IMG/VR virus record: IMGVR_UViG_3300029554_000003
Coordinates: 13,064-77,063 of that record
DNA length: 64,000 bases
From: a virus
Taxonomy: Duplodnaviria > Heunggongvirae > Uroviricota > Caudoviricetes
Strand: one strand, 5' to 3'
Part shown: one piece after another, positions 21,317-29,099 of the stretch
Numbering within the stretch: the first letter of the stretch is position 1
How the letters are laid out: each line of letters starts with the position of its first letter
The notes under the pieces: generated by a model
What the model was told of the DNA's origin: nothing
The model's database searches: none
What the model saw: the letters and a program-made list of their open reading frames with translations, nothing else
Translations under genes and position numbers: made by a program

Positions 21317-21628
21317 ATGCGCCATTATGTTATCAAGAATACTGCCGAGTATCGTGTTGAAACGATTGAAGACGTGGTAGCTTTTCGTGAAGAACTACAG
21401 AAGCAGGCCGCACAGGACGGTTATTCTCTGTCTGCGTTCAGCTATTCAGAGAAGCTAGTCAAAGAGCGCGGAGAAGTTGTAGATAATTTTTACGCTGTTA
21501 AGGCTGTTTTCACAGTCAATGATATGAAGGAGCCTACAATTCCTATCTTCGATGTAGAACTGCCTTATGCGGCAGAATCTATGCGTTCTACTAATGACGA
21601 TGATAGTGAGGATGATATTTTTGAGTAA
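21317..21628 (+). CDS. Hypothetical protein with acidic tail
   Basis: 103 aa, RBS GGAAGG. Confidence 0.65.
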   Translation: MRHYVIKNTAEYRVETIEDVVAFREELQKQAAQDGYSLSAFSYSEKLVKERGEVVDNFYAVKAVFTVNDMKEPTIPIFDVELPYAAESMRSTNDDDSEDDIFE

Positions 21629-22052
21629 TTCAGAAACTATTAAGATTCGATATGTTGATTCCCCCGCGCTAGAGCAAAAAGACGGGTCAGATTGGATTGA
21701 TACGTATATCGCAGAAGATGTTTCAATGCAGCCAGGCGAATTCAAACTTATTTCTCTTGGTTTTGCTTGTCAGCTGCCTGATGGATATGAAGCTATTCTA
21801 GCACCTCGTTCTTCTACTTTTAAACGATATGGTCTTCTACAGACTAATTCAATCGGCGTAATTGACAATTCATTCGCATCCAATTCAGATATTTGGATGT
21901 TTCCTGCTTATGCTACTCGTCCAGTAGTTATTGCAAAAGGCACTCGTATTTGTCAATTCCGTATCCAAAAGAAACAGCCTAAGATTAAGTTTAATCCAGT
22001 TGATAATCTCACTGCGGTTGAAAGAGGTTCTTTTGGCAGTACGGGGATTTAA
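21612..22052 (+). CDS. dut: dUTPase (trimeric family)
   Basis: SDWID, PRSS, GVIDNSF, RICQ, RGSFGSTG. Confidence 0.9.
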   Translation: MIFLSNSETIKIRYVDSPALEQKDGSDWIDTYIAEDVSMQPGEFKLISLGFACQLPDGYEAILAPRSSTFKRYGLLQTNSIGVIDNSFASNSDIWMFPAYATRPVVIAKGTRICQFRIQKKQPKIKFNPVDNLTAVERGSFGSTGI

Positions 22053-22061
22053 GGAGGATAT

Positions 22062-22913
22062 ATGGACAAGATAATTGAATCTACTATTAAAAAGCTAGAG
22101 ACAGTTGTTATTGACCCGCATCCTACACTTAATCCTACTCTTGGTATTATTTATCGAGCGAATGATGCGGCAGCTGGTTCGTATCTCCGTTCCATTGAGC
22201 GCAATGCCGAGAAATATAAATCAACGACAATCTCAGCTCAATGCGACACAATTCAAAATGCAAGTCTACAAATTCGCAGATGGTCACAAGACCCAAATAT
22301 TAATGGAATAATTCTTATCTCAGATTATGGTGAAGCGACTCAATCATTATATAACATGATTCCAATGCGTCTTGATATTGATGGTCTTTCCAATAAGTCT
22401 GCGGCGCACCTATATGGCAGCAAAGACCCTATTGCATATCGTAAGGCTCCCTGTACTGCTGCGGCATGTCTAAAGATTATTCAAACGCTTTATGATAATA
22501 ACCTCGCAGGCCTTAATGTCGCCGTTGTTGGCAGGTCTATGCGAGTCGGGCGACCTCTCGCAGAATTATTATTGCAGCAAGATTGCACTGTAACACTTTA
22601 TCACAGTAAAAGTAAATTTATTTCAACAGAAGGAATGAATAATTTTAGCAATAAAGATGTATTTATTTCTGCTATTGGACAACCAAAGTATTTCAATACT
22701 TCCAATCTTGACGCATTTCGTTTAAACATCATTGATGTTGGCATTAACTATGATGAACAAGGACATATTTGCGGCGATGTAGATTATGATAGTGTGAATT
22801 ATTTGGCTGATTATATCACACCAGTCCCAAATGGTGTAGGCGCAGTTACGAATACTGTGTTATTTGCCAAGCTATATGCAAATAAACTCGACTTCGCTGG
22901 GATTGATGTTTAA
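22062..22913 (+). CDS. folD: FolD-like methylene-THF dehydrogenase
   Basis: DIDGL, PCTA, VVGRS..VGRP, IIDVGIN, GDVD, ITPVPNGVG. Confidence 0.9.
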   Translation: MDKIIESTIKKLETVVIDPHPTLNPTLGIIYRANDAAAGSYLRSIERNAEKYKSTTISAQCDTIQNASLQIRRWSQDPNINGIILISDYGEATQSLYNMIPMRLDIDGLSNKSAAHLYGSKDPIAYRKAPCTAAACLKIIQTLYDNNLAGLNVAVVGRSMRVGRPLAELLLQQDCTVTLYHSKSKFISTEGMNNFSNKDVFISAIGQPKYFNTSNLDAFRLNIIDVGINYDEQGHICGDVDYDSVNYLADYITPVPNGVGAVTNTVLFAKLYANKLDFAGIDV

Positions 22914-23407
22914 TGCGTCTCTTAGCATTAGACCAAAGCCTGAATACAACAGGCATTGCAGTTTTTGATAATAATGAAATCTTAAATTGCGGAGTTTTTA
23001 CTATTCATTCTAACCAAGAGCTGGGAAAGCGTCTTACTGAATTTCTCTATCAATTAGATGATTTATATACTGCCTATCATTTTGATGCAATTGTATATGA
23101 AGATATTCAATTGCAAATGGGCAACGTTGAAACATATAAGAAATTAGCATATGTTCAGGCTATGATTTTATTTTGGTGTGATAAGCATGAAAAGAATCTA
23201 TACTGTTTATCTCCATCACATTGGCGCAAGGTGCTGAAAGATAAATATGGTATGTCATGGGGCAGGAAGAGAGCAGAGCAAAAACAAACTGCCATTGACT
23301 TTATCCAAGAGCACTATGAAAAAGAAGTGGATAGCGATACCGCAGATGCTATTTGTATTGGATGTGCGGCAAATATCGAAATCAATAAAACTGAATCGGC
23401 TTTTTAA
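22913..23407 (+). CDS. ruvC: RuvC-like Holliday junction resolvase
   Basis: LLALDQS..TG, IVYED, P..WR, D.ADAI. Confidence 0.85.
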   Translation: MRLLALDQSLNTTGIAVFDNNEILNCGVFTIHSNQELGKRLTEFLYQLDDLYTAYHFDAIVYEDIQLQMGNVETYKKLAYVQAMILFWCDKHEKNLYCLSPSHWRKVLKDKYGMSWGRKRAEQKQTAIDFIQEHYEKEVDSDTADAICIGCAANIEINKTESAF

Positions 23408-23413
23408 AGCTAT

Positions 23414-23457
23414 AAAAAAAGAGGGGTATTCTCAATTAAGAGAATACCCCTTATTTT
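23414..23457. terminator. Bidirectional terminator between converging arms
   Basis: AGGGGTATTCTC/GAGAATACCCCT flanked by A and T runs. Confidence 0.85.
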
Positions 23458-23463
23458 ATTTAA

Positions 23464-24510
23464 TTAAAATGGATTAGCATCAGAAATGCAGACTTGTAGG
23501 CGGTCAAGAGCTTCACCATACATACCAGCGAAATCATCGCCGCCATATGTAGAACCGTCATCGCATACAGAATTTAGCCAACCTTCACGGTCAACAGTTT
23601 GAGAACGATAATATGCTTGCTTATATTCTTCACCATTTGGTGTGATATAATACATGCGGACACCATCAATTGCGTGACCACCGATACCAGCACAGCCATT
23701 AACAAGGTCATTCTGATTACCTTGTGATACGTAATCTAGCCAGCCGTCCTGTTGAGTGTGAACCTGATACTTGAGAGTACCGTGGTCAACCCAAGCACAT
23801 AGATAATCATGCTTGCCGCAAGGAACGCCAGCAAAACCGTTGGAATCAGAATTATTGAAGTTAGTAATTGTACCATTCCAACCACCGTTAAGATTGCGTA
23901 AAGCATAATGGACATTAACGATAGCCTTGCCGGGAGCAGGCTTATTAGTAGGAGCAGGCGCAGGAGTAGGCTTGTTTGTAGAAGGAGCAGGAGCAGCTTG
24001 TGAACCATTCTTCATTGCATCATACCATTGCTGCGCACGGTTAATATACTCGTCTTTCTGAGAACCATATAGTTCACCCGGGCACGCCGTAGCAGACCAG
24101 TAGCGATGCGGGAAGACATTGACTAGCCACTGAGGACGGCCAAGATTATAATAGAGACAAAGAGCAGCTACAAGATGCGCACCAGACTCTAGAGCAGCAG
24201 GGAAGACGGTCCAAGGATTGCTGTTGTTGTTAGCGTGCTCAATAGAGATAGTATGCGTATTAGCATACCAATTGCCGCAAGCCCAAGCAGTATCCCAATC
24301 ATTGACCATCTGGCCGATTTTGCCATCAGACTGAACCGCATAGTGAGCAGAAGTCTGTGAACGGCTCCACAGATTATAGCATTGGTCGATAGAAAGATTA
24401 CCAGCCATATGGTGAATGGTAATACCAGTAATATTAGCACCTTCACGACCTGCGGTATAGTCGCAAGGCAGAATCTTGGTTACATCAGCTTGAATGTTTT
24501 TCCAATCCAT
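23464..24510 (-). CDS. Endolysin: Amidase_2 domain, Pro-rich linker, ChW-like cell-wall-binding repeats
   Basis: ITIHH, SAHY, AWACG..N...ISIEH, H....ATACPG; PAP linker; YQVHTQQDGWL repeats. Confidence 0.88.
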   Translation of the reverse strand: MDWKNIQADVTKILPCDYTAGREGANITGITIHHMAGNLSIDQCYNLWSRSQTSAHYAVQSDGKIGQMVNDWDTAWACGNWYANTHTISIEHANNNSNPWTVFPAALESGAHLVAALCLYYNLGRPQWLVNVFPHRYWSATACPGELYGSQKDEYINRAQQWYDAMKNGSQAAPAPSTNKPTPAPAPTNKPAPGKAIVNVHYALRNLNGGWNGTITNFNNSDSNGFAGVPCGKHDYLCAWVDHGTLKYQVHTQQDGWLDYVSQGNQNDLVNGCAGIGGHAIDGVRMYYITPNGEEYKQAYYRSQTVDREGWLNSVCDDGSTYGGDDFAGMYGEALDRLQVCISDANPF

Positions 24511-24532
24511 AATTTTCCTTTCTGTTGGAAAT

Positions 24533-24558
24533 AAAAAAGGGAGCCGTTAGGCTCCCTT
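24533..24558 (-). terminator. Terminator between holin and endolysin
   Basis: AAGGGAGCC-TAAC-GGCTCCCTT plus T run on minus strand. Confidence 0.75.
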
Positions 24559-24566
24559 GTGTAACA

Positions 24567-24857
24567 TTATTTAGATTCTTTATCGGAACCGTTGAGAAGA
24601 TTTTTATAGGCTTCAAAAAGACCTGTACTTGCCAAACCACTACTTAATCCTGCAACTACAACATCAACAGTAATTGGAACACCTGTTGTGACCGCAGTAA
24701 AGATTGTGGCGGCAACGCCAAGCACACCTACGATAAGAGGAATAAAACGGTTAATAGAATCATTTGGAATCAAGTTCTTAATAATGTAGCCGACCAAAAG
24801 ACATAGAATAACTACACTAGGAACGAGATAGGTAGAGATAGTTGATAAATCAAACAT
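24567..24857 (-). CDS. Holin
   Basis: 96 aa, 2-3 TM segments, N.FIPLI...G and GLASTGL; directly upstream of endolysin. Confidence 0.85.
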   Translation of the reverse strand: MFDLSTISTYLVPSVVILCLLVGYIIKNLIPNDSINRFIPLIVGVLGVAATIFTAVTTGVPITVDVVVAGLSSGLASTGLFEAYKNLLNGSDKESK

Positions 24858-24868
24858 TGTTAAATCTC

Positions 24869-25045
24869 CTATTCAGATTTATAATTCTTGAATTCCTCAA
24901 GAATTTCATCAGCTTGAGCCTGAGATAGCTTAGGATAACTGTGTAAAATATCATCAAGAGTTTCACCACGGTCTAAACGAATCTTAACGGCCTTCTTGAC
25001 GATTTTAAAAGCGAGCGCAGAAACACCTTTAGTTGGACGTGCCAT
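24869..25045 (-). CDS. Small protein (58 aa), paralog of 25203-25364
   Basis: MARPTKGVSALAFKIVKKAVKIRLDRGETLDDILHSYPKLS...; not in track. Confidence 0.75.
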   Translation of the reverse strand: MARPTKGVSALAFKIVKKAVKIRLDRGETLDDILHSYPKLSQAQADEILEEFKNYKSE

Positions 25046-25200
25046 TATTCATCACTTCCTGATACAATTTCAGAAACAAGTTCGTTTAGGTCGTCAATAT
25101 CAGATTCCATCTGGATAAAACGATTAACGACAAACTTCTTAACAGTGCCGATAATGGTAATTAGCAATGCACAAGCAATTGCACCTAATATAAAATCCAT
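25045..25200 (-). CDS. Small membrane-anchored protein (51 aa)
   Basis: MDFILGAIACALLITIIG...VSEIVSGSDE; tail matches 25364-25885; not in track. Confidence 0.7.
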   Translation of the reverse strand: MDFILGAIACALLITIIGTVKKFVVNRFIQMESDIDDLNELVSEIVSGSDE

Positions 25201-25202
25201 AG

Positions 25203-25364
25203 TTACTCACTTTCTTTTGGAGTATAGAATTCACGAAGTTCAGTAGTCTGTTCCGCAGACAGTTTAGGATAGCTGGCAAGAATGTCTTCCAGTTCTTCGC
25301 CGCGTTCAAGACGGATACGGACTGCGCTTTTGACAATTTTAAAGGCCATAGTTGATACTGCCAT
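25203..25364 (-). CDS. Small protein (53 aa) in XkdX-like position
   Basis: MAVSTMAFKIVKSAVRIRLERGEELEDILASYPKLS...; TAATG coupled; not in track. Confidence 0.75.
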   Translation of the reverse strand: MAVSTMAFKIVKSAVRIRLERGEELEDILASYPKLSAEQTTELREFYTPKESE

Positions 25365-25885
25365 TATTCATCACTTCCTGCAACGATTTCGGATAGCATA
25401 ATAGTTAAATCACCAATAGAAGTAGTATTAGCATCAAGCTGGTCTGGACCCTTTTCCATAAACGCAGCCTGCTTTGCCTGCTTTTCTTCCATTTCTTTAC
25501 GTTCTTTAAGCTCGGCTTCGGTATATAGAATATAACGCTGAATATCTTCATATTCATCATATGCATCTTTATGCTCTACATGCTCTTGATCGATTACAGA
25601 TTTAATTTCTGCACCGTGATAAACATTACCTTCGCCTTTGTCTACGTATTCAAAAACGCCAGCTTGGTCATCAATAACCTTTACGTGCGGGTCTTCGTTA
25701 GTTTCAATAAGCATTTGCGAGCCATCATCGAATATAAAACGTTCAACTTCATAATGTTTTTTCTCTGGAATTTCAAGTTGCGCATCGTGATGCATGACAA
25801 ATTTCTTATCAGGCTTTAAATAGCCTTTCGTTGTATCAACGTCAGATTCTTTAATCTCAACGTCTTCTTCGTTTAAAATCTTCAT
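25364..25885 (-). CDS. Tail-associated hypothetical protein (fibre chaperone/XkdW-like position)
   Basis: 173 aa acidic, YDEYEDIQRYILYTEAEL then coiled coil. Confidence 0.6.
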   Translation of the reverse strand: MKILNEEDVEIKESDVDTTKGYLKPDKKFVMHHDAQLEIPEKKHYEVERFIFDDGSQMLIETNEDPHVKVIDDQAGVFEYVDKGEGNVYHGAEIKSVIDQEHVEHKDAYDEYEDIQRYILYTEAELKERKEMEEKQAKQAAFMEKGPDQLDANTTSIGDLTIMLSEIVAGSDE

Positions 25886-25911
25886 TTATACTCCTTTTAT
25901 TTCTTAAAAAA

Positions 25912-26898
25912 TTAACCTTTATTGATATAAATGGCTTTAATTTTAGCCCCGGCAGGAATGTTTACATAGGCTATTGGTTGCGCATACGTAGAAATTGCAG
26001 CAGCTGATGACCAAGTAGAAGCTCTTGAATTATCTGCATTATAAGTCCTTGTCCTTACACGAGCATTACTATTATGTTTTAATCCCATAATAAAAGAATT
26101 AAGAGATGAATTAGAAGAGCTATGATTAACAACGGTTCCTTCATTTGCCTGTACAGTAGACCAAGATGAACCTTTATCTGTAGAATATTGCCATTCGTTC
26201 TTTTTTGAAGGATAATTTGTATTATTGTTATCAATTGTAAAACTAACATTACCGGCTGTTGGCAGAATTGTAGCGTTTGCATTAACAATAGAGGGTGCAG
26301 GTGGCTCAGTATAAATAGTGTTTGTAGCTTGATGCGCTGACTGCCCAGCAGAGTTATATGAATTAATTCTAAATTGGTACCTATGATTAGCAGAGACAGT
26401 ATATGTCGTGCTGGTAGCTTTTGTATTTAAAATATTTTTCCAGTCATCATTATCAATTTTCACGTCTACGTAATTACCTGTTGGATTGCTTGTACCAGAA
26501 CCATTATTTGTCCAAGAGATAGTAACTGTTGAACCAGATAATATAGCTTTTTGATTAGTTACTATAGGAGGGGTTGTGACAGATGGAGGTGTTGCAGGAA
26601 CATATACATTTCCAGAACCTTCTGTAGCTCCAAAAGAACCAATAGCGCCACCGCCGCCCTTAAACCAAAGTGTCCTTGCAGACGTACTATTGCCAACAGA
26701 AAAACTAAAAGTTCTTGATATACTTTGACCATATGGAATGGCAACTCCTGAAATAGACTGTCTAGAACATCCTTGTACTTCTGCCCAAAAAGTGACGCCG
26801 CCAGCGTCCCAAGTTATGCCATTGTTATTCATAGTTACTACTACCGTTACGGTATTTTGATTAGCGCTAGCAGAAGCACTATAATAAGAATAGCCCAT
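25912..26898 (-). CDS. Fibronectin type III/Ig-like virion protein
   Basis: VTISW...Y.V...YQFRINSYNSAGQS FN3 signature; S/T/N rich. Confidence 0.7.
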   Translation of the reverse strand: MGYSYYSASASANQNTVTVVVTMNNNGITWDAGGVTFWAEVQGCSRQSISGVAIPYGQSISRTFSFSVGNSTSARTLWFKGGGGAIGSFGATEGSGNVYVPATPPSVTTPPIVTNQKAILSGSTVTISWTNNGSGTSNPTGNYVDVKIDNDDWKNILNTKATSTTYTVSANHRYQFRINSYNSAGQSAHQATNTIYTEPPAPSIVNANATILPTAGNVSFTIDNNNTNYPSKKNEWQYSTDKGSSWSTVQANEGTVVNHSSSNSSLNSFIMGLKHNSNARVRTRTYNADNSRASTWSSAAAISTYAQPIAYVNIPAGAKIKAIYINKG

Positions 26899-26939
26899 TC
26901 AATTCCTCCTTTCCTTTTAAATCGTATTTTACTAATTAT

Positions 26940-26979
26940 ACATAAAAAATGGGCAGAACTATTTACATAATTCTGCCCA
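26940..26979 (-). terminator. Terminator hairpin doubling as GGGCA motif copy
   Basis: TGGGCAGAA...TTCTGCCCA-TTTTTT. Confidence 0.75.
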
Positions 26980-26989
26980 AAAATTTAAG

Positions 26990-27283
26990 CTACTTGTACA
27001 TATCAATTAATGTCTTGACATGTGCCGCACCGTCAATTAGTTTTTTGTTTTGCCAATCAAATAGATTCTGCACTATATCAGTTTGTTCTCCAAGAGATTC
27101 ATAAACCTTGAGTAAATGTGAATGTAATATCTGTATGTGAGAATACTCTTGCTTAGACAAATCATTATACATACTAGACAGTTGCGGTGAATCGTCTTTC
27201 AATGACAGCGCTAGCTCCGCATACTCCTTTGCACCGCATATTTCATCATCGACTTGGTCAAGTAGCGTTTTAAAAATTTCCAT
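26990..27283 (-). CDS. Small ferritin-like four-helix protein
   Basis: DDEI.GA.EY...QEYSH pattern. Confidence 0.6.
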   Translation of the reverse strand: MEIFKTLLDQVDDEICGAKEYAELALSLKDDSPQLSSMYNDLSKQEYSHIQILHSHLLKVYESLGEQTDIVQNLFDWQNKKLIDGAAHVKTLIDMYK

Positions 27284-27690
27284 TACGCAATCTTTACCAC
27301 AATAATGTTGGCAATACGGACACTCGTAGCACTTAACGCCTTAACGTTAATTGTTGCTTGCGGAGCATTGCAAGGAACCGTGACAAGTGCGGAAAACGCT
27401 TGAGACACAAGGTTACTTGCTGCGGCGCCTGTGTCGATAGCATGTGCCGCTGGAAGAGCGTTGCCGTTGCGATACATTTGTGTTTCTATTGGTCCTTCTG
27501 CTGTTGCGGCAAAGGTGAAATTCGCCACAATCTGATACAGACCGCTATTGTTAATAGTGATGTTCTTACCATCGCACGAGACACACTTATTAGATACTGT
27601 CGAGTTAGGCACTGGAATGGTGTCGCCAGCAGCTAGCGTAACAGCAGTAGCGCTGTCATAAGTGAATCTGCCTACTGTTTTGATGCCCAT
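27283..27690 (-). CDS. Beta-sandwich protein (BclA-C/C1q-like)
   Basis: ITINNSGLYQIVANFTF...NG..LP...ANIIVVKI. Confidence 0.55.
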   Translation of the reverse strand: MGIKTVGRFTYDSATAVTLAAGDTIPVPNSTVSNKCVSCDGKNITINNSGLYQIVANFTFAATAEGPIETQMYRNGNALPAAHAIDTGAAASNLVSQAFSALVTVPCNAPQATINVKALSATSVRIANIIVVKIA

Positions 27691-27715
27691 AATAAACTCC
27701 TAAAGATAGATAGGA

Positions 27716-28336
27716 TTAAAAAGTAGCTCCATTGCAGCCACAGCCACAGGGAGTAGCGAAGTTAGGCACTACGCCATAGCCATAAGGGGAAATACGAGGT
27801 ACGCCGCAGAACATGTTCTGGGTTTTAAGCTCGGAAACCTGAGCCTGTAGAGACTCAATCTTATTCTGTGCAAGTGCATCTAGAATCTTTTGGGTCTGTG
27901 CGGTGGTGTTCTCGTTAATAGAAGCAGCGTTCATTGCAGCGCTGTATTTAAGGTCTGCTGTGGCCTGCTTATTCTCGCAGCAACAATTCGCTAGCTGGCT
28001 AGAAAGCGCATAGTTACCATCTTTAATGGCATCCTGAGTAGATGCGAAGTTGCGTAGATTCTCATAACCAACAGATGCTAGACCTTGTGAAGTCTGCATA
28101 AACTGTGTCTGCATTAGGTCAGACATGCGGCCAACGCTATTTTCAAGATTATTGAAATTCATAGCGTTGCAAAGACCTGCTTCGGTAACAGGCTGTTCTG
28201 CCGTGGTGTTGCGATTCCAGCCATTACCATACATAAATAGGAAAAGAACAATAATCCAAATCCAGCCACCAGCACCGCCCCAATTGTCGTTGTCTTTAGT
28301 GACTGCCGCAATATCGGATAGAGACATATTTTCCAT
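27716..28336 (-). CDS. Membrane-anchored coiled-coil Cys-rich protein
   Basis: SLSDIAA, GGWIWIIVLFLF, NCCCE, coiled coil, PCGCGC tail. Confidence 0.75.
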   Translation of the reverse strand: MENMSLSDIAAVTKDNDNWGGAGGWIWIIVLFLFMYGNGWNRNTTAEQPVTEAGLCNAMNFNNLENSVGRMSDLMQTQFMQTSQGLASVGYENLRNFASTQDAIKDGNYALSSQLANCCCENKQATADLKYSAAMNAASINENTTAQTQKILDALAQNKIESLQAQVSELKTQNMFCGVPRISPYGYGVVPNFATPCGCGCNGATF

Positions 28337-28398
28337 AATAATCTTCTTTCTATCGTGGTATATAGAAATATTTTATCCTGTGCGCACAAGTGGATAAA

Positions 28399-28608
28399 CT
28401 AATTGAAGAATTTGGCTATATTCATAGCCTGTTGTTTTAGCGTCTCAAATTGCTGTTGAGACATTTGCCCAGAAGAGATAAGAGATTGAACCTTCTCTTG
28501 GGCTTGTTGAGGTGTGATGTTATTACTTTTAATGAAGTCCAACAACTCGGTCATTGGGTTGTTTTGCGGCATTTGTGTTTGCTGCAATGTTTGAAATAAT
28601 TGATTCAT
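28399..28608 (-). CDS. Small Gln-rich protein
   Basis: NPM...PQQ..Q.L.SSGQMSQQQF..L. Confidence 0.65.
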   Translation of the reverse strand: MNQLFQTLQQTQMPQNNPMTELLDFIKSNNITPQQAQEKVQSLISSGQMSQQQFETLKQQAMNIAKFFN

Positions 28609-28912
28609 ACTGCTCCTTCCATTTGTTGAATTCATCTTTTGTTATATAGTTATCCGCAGTTTGCGGCTCAACTTTTTTGAAGGAGTATTCTGAAATAGTA
28701 GATATACCATTCATATCAGTTTCTTTCAAATAAAAAATATCCTTATTTGAATCCATAAGCAGCGCTTTCGTTCCACGAGGAACGGCACAATTCTCCGCCT
28801 CTTGACGATTAGACACAAATCTAACGCCTTGAATTTGGTTTGCGGATGTGTACGCGCCATTTTGCATAGGCATATATGGCGCATATGGATTGAAATAAGG
28901 ATATTCGTTCAT
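28529..28912 (-). CDS. Hypothetical protein with Pro/Tyr-rich N-terminus
   Basis: MNEYPYFNPYAPY...LLMDS....FYLK.TD..G...YITKDEF; RBS AAGGAG. Confidence 0.7.
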   Translation of the reverse strand: MNEYPYFNPYAPYMPMQNGAYTSANQIQGVRFVSNRQEAENCAVPRGTKALLMDSNKDIFYLKETDMNGISTISEYSFKKVEPQTADNYITKDEFNKWKEQYESIISNIAANTNAAKQPNDRVVGLH

Positions 28913-29099
28913 GGTGTTTCTCCTTAGTGATATGCAGTGATACATATATATAAAAGAAGATATGGTAAGAGTTAATCTGTTTTATTATATGGAATCTGAT
29001 TTAACTTCATTACCATATCTTCGTAGTGTCGTTAAGATTTTTCTCTCTATTGTATCTAAAAATTAGATGGTAAAAATTATAATACTTTGCCCAATAATT

